DNA of 40,428 nt, taken from Nanobdellota archaeon. GTDB lineage: Archaea > Nanobdellota > Nanobdellia > Pacearchaeales > GW2011-AR1. The DNA is taken from NCBI GenBank assembly GCA_038043805.1, contig JBBTBG010000023.1:1-40428 (forward strand). The letters are read 5' to 3'. The notes below the pieces were generated by a model. The model did no database searches. It saw nothing but the letters and a program-made list of their open reading frames with translations, and had not been told where the DNA came from. Each line of letters starts with the position of its first letter. Position 1 is the stretch's first letter. Both the position numbers and the translations under genes were made by a program. This document shows, piece by piece, positions 36,065 to 40,428 of this stretch.

Positions 36065-37678
36065 ATGTCCACAGTTCTTATTACAGGTTCAAGTAAAGGT
36101 CTCGGGGCAGAGCTCGCACGAGTCTTTGCAGAGGCAGGCTGGGATATTATTCTTCACGGCAGAAACATGCAAGATCTTCAAAATATACAGCAGGAACTTT
36201 CTCCACACGTTATTGACATCATACAAGGAGATATCCGAGAAACTTCGACAATCGAAGCTATCGAAACAGCAGCAAGGAAATACTCTATTGATGTGTTCAT
36301 TAACAATGCAGGTATAGGCTCTCAACAAGTCTCATTAGAAAAGATTTCAGACAAAAACATTGATGAAATGCTTCTGACAAATCTCATTTCCCCCATCAAG
36401 CTCACTCAGCGGATCTATCGGTTTTTTACAGAAAAAAAATTAGGGACAATCATCAATATTAATTCCATGTCTGGAAGAGAACAGCACCACCTTAGAACAT
36501 TATATTGCGCAAGTAAGTGGGGTCTACGAGGATTTTCAGACACTTTAAAAAGAGAGGCAAAAGACCAGCATATTCGTGTTCTTGACATTTATCCTACGAT
36601 GATTAAGACTTCTGCCGCATATCCTGAGGGAATGGAAACAAAAGATGTTGCAAACAAGATTTTCACAACATATCAAAATTCAGAGGCATCAGAACTTGTT
36701 ATTGATGGAAGGCCTCTAAAAGCAGCTAAGAAAAAAGTTTTGATCTGCGGAGCCACAGGATTTATTGGACGTAACATCGCAGAAGCTTTACTTAGCCGAG
36801 AGGACATAGAACTATATGGCACATTTTATAAGACGCTTCCATGGAACCATTCGAAGATAACTTTTCTTCAAGCAGATCTTACTCAGAAAGCAGATATTGA
36901 GAAGATCATACCAGGAATGGATATCATTATTCAGGCAGCAGCAACTACTTCAGGGGCAAAAGACATTGTAACACAACCTTATATTCACGTAACTAACAAT
37001 GCTGTCATGAACTCGCTTATTTTTAGAGCAGCGCATGACTACAAAGTAAAACATGTGGTCTTTTTCAGCTGCAGTGTGATGTACCAGCCTTCTGAAACGC
37101 CAGTCAAAGAAACAGATTTCAATGCAAATCATGATCTTGTAAAAAGCTATTTTGGGGTAGGATGGACAAAAGTATATATCGAGAAAATGTGCGAGTTTTA
37201 TTCGCGTCTGGGAACTACTAAATATACTGTTTTACGCCATTCCAACATCTACGGCCCTCATGATAAATTTGACCTAGATAAATCACACGTCTTTGGCGCG
37301 ACTATGACAAAAGTTCTCAAACCAAAAGAAGGAAAGATCATCGTTTGGGGAACAGGAGAAGAGGAAAGAGATTTACTCTATGTTTCAGACCTTGTGAACG
37401 GAGTAGTTTTAGCATTGGAAAAGCAGCAAGGGCAATTCGGACTCTATAATCTTGGTTATGGAAAATCTCTCCCTATCCGTGAATTAGTAAAGAAGATTGT
37501 GGATGCATCGTCAAGTAATCTGAACATTGAATACGATACGTCAAAGCCAACGATTAAGACAATCCTTTCTTTGGACTGTACAAAGGCCAAACAAGAACTA
37601 GGCTGGCAACCTTCCATCTCACTTGAGGAAGGCATTCGCAAAACTCTAGAGTGGTATAGGAAAAATATCCTTTCATAA
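36065..37678 (+). CDS. Fusion of a classical SDR (N-terminal) and an Fcl-like extended SDR (C-terminal)
   Basis: N: ITGSSKGLG, INNAG, YCASK. C (from ~36728): LICGATGFIG, NIYGPHDKF..SHV, VWGTGEEERDLLYV, with VGWTK at the YxxxK position. Single open frame. Confidence 0.85.
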   Translation: MSTVLITGSSKGLGAELARVFAEAGWDIILHGRNMQDLQNIQQELSPHVIDIIQGDIRETSTIEAIETAARKYSIDVFINNAGIGSQQVSLEKISDKNIDEMLLTNLISPIKLTQRIYRFFTEKKLGTIININSMSGREQHHLRTLYCASKWGLRGFSDTLKREAKDQHIRVLDIYPTMIKTSAAYPEGMETKDVANKIFTTYQNSEASELVIDGRPLKAAKKKVLICGATGFIGRNIAEALLSREDIELYGTFYKTLPWNHSKITFLQADLTQKADIEKIIPGMDIIIQAAATTSGAKDIVTQPYIHVTNNAVMNSLIFRAAHDYKVKHVVFFSCSVMYQPSETPVKETDFNANHDLVKSYFGVGWTKVYIEKMCEFYSRLGTTKYTVLRHSNIYGPHDKFDLDKSHVFGATMTKVLKPKEGKIIVWGTGEEERDLLYVSDLVNGVVLALEKQQGQFGLYNLGYGKSLPIRELVKKIVDASSSNLNIEYDTSKPTIKTILSLDCTKAKQELGWQPSISLEEGIRKTLEWYRKNILS

Positions 37679-37711
37679 TATTTTTATAGCATTAGTATTC
37701 TATCTTTTCTT

Positions 37712-38608
37712 ATGGCAAAAATGTTAATTACCGGAGCTTCAGGACAAGTAGGAGGACAGCTTATTAGAAGGTTAAGTCAATTTACTCAGTCTACCGATGA
37801 AATTTATTTGCTACAGCACGATACTCATGTAAATACTGATGCAATTGATAGTGACCGCGTGCATCAAACACATATTATCAAAGATTCTGAAATGGCCTTG
37901 CAGGGAACCTACAATCTTACACTTCATTTAGCTGCATATCTTAAGACAGCAAATGGAAAAAAGAAAGAATATGAACAGAAATTCGAAGCATCCAATGTTG
38001 TTTTAACAGAAAGAGTCAGAGATGTTTCTACAAGAGTCATTATTGTCTCCACTGACCAAGTCTTTAAAGGAGACAGCGCCTACGATTATCAAGAAAGAGA
38101 GCCCACAAATCCTCATAAAAACTACTATTCAATCACAAAAGAAAAAGCAGAAAAAATTATTTTAGAAGTAGGAGGAACAATTGTCCGGCTCCAAACCATG
38201 CTTGGCGTTCCTCAAAATGCAATTGTAGATCCTGCATATGCTGCTCTTGATGGAGGAAGCTATTTTCCTTTTTGGAATAATCGTTTTGTAAAACCAGCAT
38301 ATTTCGAAGACTTTCTTGCTGCATTTATCAAAATCAAAGAAGACCCTGCACAGCATATCTATCATGTTGCTTGTAGAGGCGAGCCTATTGCTCGTGCAAA
38401 ATATGCACAAAAAGTCTTGGAAGTGCATCAGCGTCATGATATTCCTTATAAAAATGATCAAATTGCCGAAGAAGCATGTACTACTGATCACCCAATGCGA
38501 CTCGGACTTGATACTACTTGGACAGAACAGAAATTAGGACTCGTGTTTGTGACTGTTGATGAAGCAATTGAGAGACACGTGCTTGCAACACGAAAGAAAA
38601 ATAGTTAA
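37712..38608 (+). CDS. RmlD-like NDP-4-keto-sugar reductase (paralog A)
   Basis: LITGASGQVG, HLAA, VSTDQVFKG, NYYSITK, IYHVA. Confidence 0.8.
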   Translation: MAKMLITGASGQVGGQLIRRLSQFTQSTDEIYLLQHDTHVNTDAIDSDRVHQTHIIKDSEMALQGTYNLTLHLAAYLKTANGKKKEYEQKFEASNVVLTERVRDVSTRVIIVSTDQVFKGDSAYDYQEREPTNPHKNYYSITKEKAEKIILEVGGTIVRLQTMLGVPQNAIVDPAYAALDGGSYFPFWNNRFVKPAYFEDFLAAFIKIKEDPAQHIYHVACRGEPIARAKYAQKVLEVHQRHDIPYKNDQIAEEACTTDHPMRLGLDTTWTEQKLGLVFVTVDEAIERHVLATRKKNS

Positions 38609-38612
38609 AAGA

Positions 38613-39518
38613 TTAAGAAGAAATCAACAATTCAGGTTTCTTTGCTCGCAAGACATGAAGGCGGACAGCATCATCAATGCTGGTAAACGAGGATATTCCC
38701 AGGATTTTTCTCGTACGCGCCGTACTCAGACCAAGCCTTCTGGGAAATAACGGATCGTTACACGATTCTTCCTCAATAGAATCATTAACTCTTAAGATAT
38801 CATTGCTGCGATAAACATCCAAAACTTTCCACGCAAGCTCTGCTCGCGAAAGCGTTCCTTCACTTGCTACATGGTACATTCCTGGTCTGCCGGAGCGGTA
38901 CAAAAGGTTGAACACTCCAACCACATCATCAATTAATGAAATACCTACGTATTGGTCATTCCAGAAAGGCCATGCTTTTCTTCCTTCAATGCGATTGAAT
39001 ACTTTATCAATAATAAGATTATCAGAAGTTCCTACAGGCACCGAAAAGCGAACATTTGCTCCCGCATGCGCTCCAACAATTTCTTCTGCAATCGCTTTTG
39101 TGGTGCCATAATAATTAGTAGCATCAGGAGTATCTGTTTCCATATACAATCCATTTCCATTGCCGCTAAACACACAGTCTGTTGATGCATGAATTACATA
39201 GAGGGCACTTCTGCATACTCTTCGTGTCAAATCGATATTGTCTCTTTTAAATCCAGGAAATTCTTCTGGAGTTCTTCCTTTTGAAGTATGAATATTTGCT
39301 GCAAGATGAATAGCTGTATCATACTCAGTTGAAGAAGGAAGAGACGTGATAATCTCAATATTTTTTCTGCCGGCAGTCAAAGAAAGATCCACAGGATTGT
39401 TATGTTGCAACACAGATACTCTATCTTCAGGAGAAACGATTCTGTCTAGATGTTTCAAAAATCCAAGGCCTGCTTTTCCAGTGATTCCAGATACTCCTGT
39501 AAGAAGAACTCTTTGCAT
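38613..39518 (-). CDS. RmlD-like NDP-4-keto-sugar reductase (paralog B)
   Basis: LLTGVSGITG, HLAA, ASTDCVFSG, NYYGTTK, MYHVA; start moved to ATG 39518, 21 nt from TATA. Confidence 0.8.
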   Translation of the reverse strand: MQRVLLTGVSGITGKAGLGFLKHLDRIVSPEDRVSVLQHNNPVDLSLTAGRKNIEIITSLPSSTEYDTAIHLAANIHTSKGRTPEEFPGFKRDNIDLTRRVCRSALYVIHASTDCVFSGNGNGLYMETDTPDATNYYGTTKAIAEEIVGAHAGANVRFSVPVGTSDNLIIDKVFNRIEGRKAWPFWNDQYVGISLIDDVVGVFNLLYRSGRPGMYHVASEGTLSRAELAWKVLDVYRSNDILRVNDSIEEESCNDPLFPRRLGLSTARTRKILGISSFTSIDDAVRLHVLRAKKPELLISS

Positions 39519-39549
39519 CTTGGTGCTGACACGAAAGCATTTAAAAAGA

Positions 39550-40299
39550 TTATGGCGACCTATTATGAAGTTTAGTCCAATATTCTTCAAGAGGTAAAGT
39601 GAGAGCATTAAGTTGTTCTACACGCTTTTTAAAAAAGGCAAGGCTGTTTTCTTCATCTCGGGTTTGGGAAGCATCATGCTCATAATCAATAGAGACACTT
39701 CCAATATGCGCTCCCTTGTATAACATATCCATGAGAGGCATGACCAAAATATCCCAAGTGTCAGCATATACACTTCCATATTTACTAAAATAAGGAACAA
39801 TCTCTCTGCGCATAGCGCGAATGCCGAACCAGATATCAAAATCTGTATGCGTCAGGGTTTTCCAGAAAAGATTTGCAAATGGTTCAATATATTGTTGGGC
39901 AAGAGGCAAAGAAGAAAGAGATCTTCTTCGTGGTATGACAAGGTCTACTTTTCCCTCTAAGAGCGGCTCTGTCACTTGAGGTATGCTTCTAATAAAATCA
40001 TGCTTTTCAGGTTCCATCCAAATAATTACTTCTTTTCTCGTATCGAAGGCAGCCTGAAAAGCTTCCCGCCGAGAGTTTCCCATTCCTTTTTCTTTTTGAG
40101 GAATCACTTGCACGCCAAGCGCTTTCCATTCTTCAATTCGTGAAGGGAGAGACCCTCCATCAACAGCGATAAAAAGATATTTCTCATTCCCCGCTTTTCT
40201 CATTGTTTCTGTAGCGAGGCGCGCACGAACACGATCAGTTTCATTCTCCGAAGGATAATACGTTGTTGTTGTAATAACAATTTTTTCTTTTGCAAACAT
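39550..40299 (-). CDS. GT-A fold (GT2-like) glycosyltransferase homolog
   Basis: AVDGGS, KGMGNSRREAF, WMEPEK at the DxD position, DLVIPRR, DIWFGIRA. Confidence 0.68.
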   Translation of the reverse strand: MFAKEKIVITTTTYYPSENETDRVRARLATETMRKAGNEKYLFIAVDGGSLPSRIEEWKALGVQVIPQKEKGMGNSRREAFQAAFDTRKEVIIWMEPEKHDFIRSIPQVTEPLLEGKVDLVIPRRRSLSSLPLAQQYIEPFANLFWKTLTHTDFDIWFGIRAMRREIVPYFSKYGSVYADTWDILVMPLMDMLYKGAHIGSVSIDYEHDASQTRDEENSLAFFKKRVEQLNALTLPLEEYWTKLHNRSP

Positions 40300-40331
40300 A
40301 TAAAATTCTATAGATTTGTCTTTAAATAGTT

Positions 40332-40428
40332 GCCCTTGAGCATCTCCAAAAACGAGTGCCTATTCAAACCACAGCTTTTAAGCCGTGGTGGCGCATCGTT
40401 TTTTTGATTCTATAAGATCGTCAAGTGC
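40332..40428. other. Nested imperfect palindrome (structured element) running to the window edge
   Basis: Inner accacagct-ttta-agccgtggt (40368-40389), middle aaaaacgagtgcc/ggcgcatcgttttt (40348-40403), outer gcccttgagcatct/agatcgtcaagtgc (11 of 14 paired). Confidence 0.65.

Noticed and set aside
1-40428. Alternative genetic code or stop-codon readthrough
   Set aside because: Recognised genes are full length under the standard archaeal code and end in TAA, TAG or TGA at the expected positions.

Overview
A compact, AT-rich archaeal chromosomal segment. The evidence for archaea is RNA polymerase subunit Rpo10/RpoN, RNase P protein Rpp21, AMP phosphorylase, archaeal SecF/SecD, a tRNA intron with a bulge-helix-bulge motif, and TATA/BRE promoters. 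Gene content and style suggest a DPANN lineage such as Pacearchaeota/Woesearchaeota (inference). The left half (1-22.5 kb) mixes housekeeping and accessory genes: AI-2E permease, AMP phosphorylase, a radical SAM/SDR pair divergent from a tandem-Lrp regulator, a full-length but catalytically eroded P1B ATPase, a MacB/LolCDE-type ABC system interrupted by orphan genes, rpoN, NUDIX, rnp4, a stand-alone 5S rRNA, an HldA-type heptose kinase, three tRNAs and secF-secD. The right half (22.7-40.3 kb) is a surface-glycan/nucleotide-sugar locus: GT2, AsnB-like amidotransferase, methyltransferase, GT-C, cupin, GNATs, nucleotidyltransferase, DegT aminotransferase, Gmd, GT4, a DmhA-like dehydratase, Tyr-less extended SDRs, an SDR-SDR fusion and two RmlD-like paralogs. 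No CRISPR array, integrase or transposase gene was seen. All protein calls come from motif recognition by eye; no database search was run. Several starts were moved from the ORF track using a consistent TATA-to-start spacing of about 21 nt.
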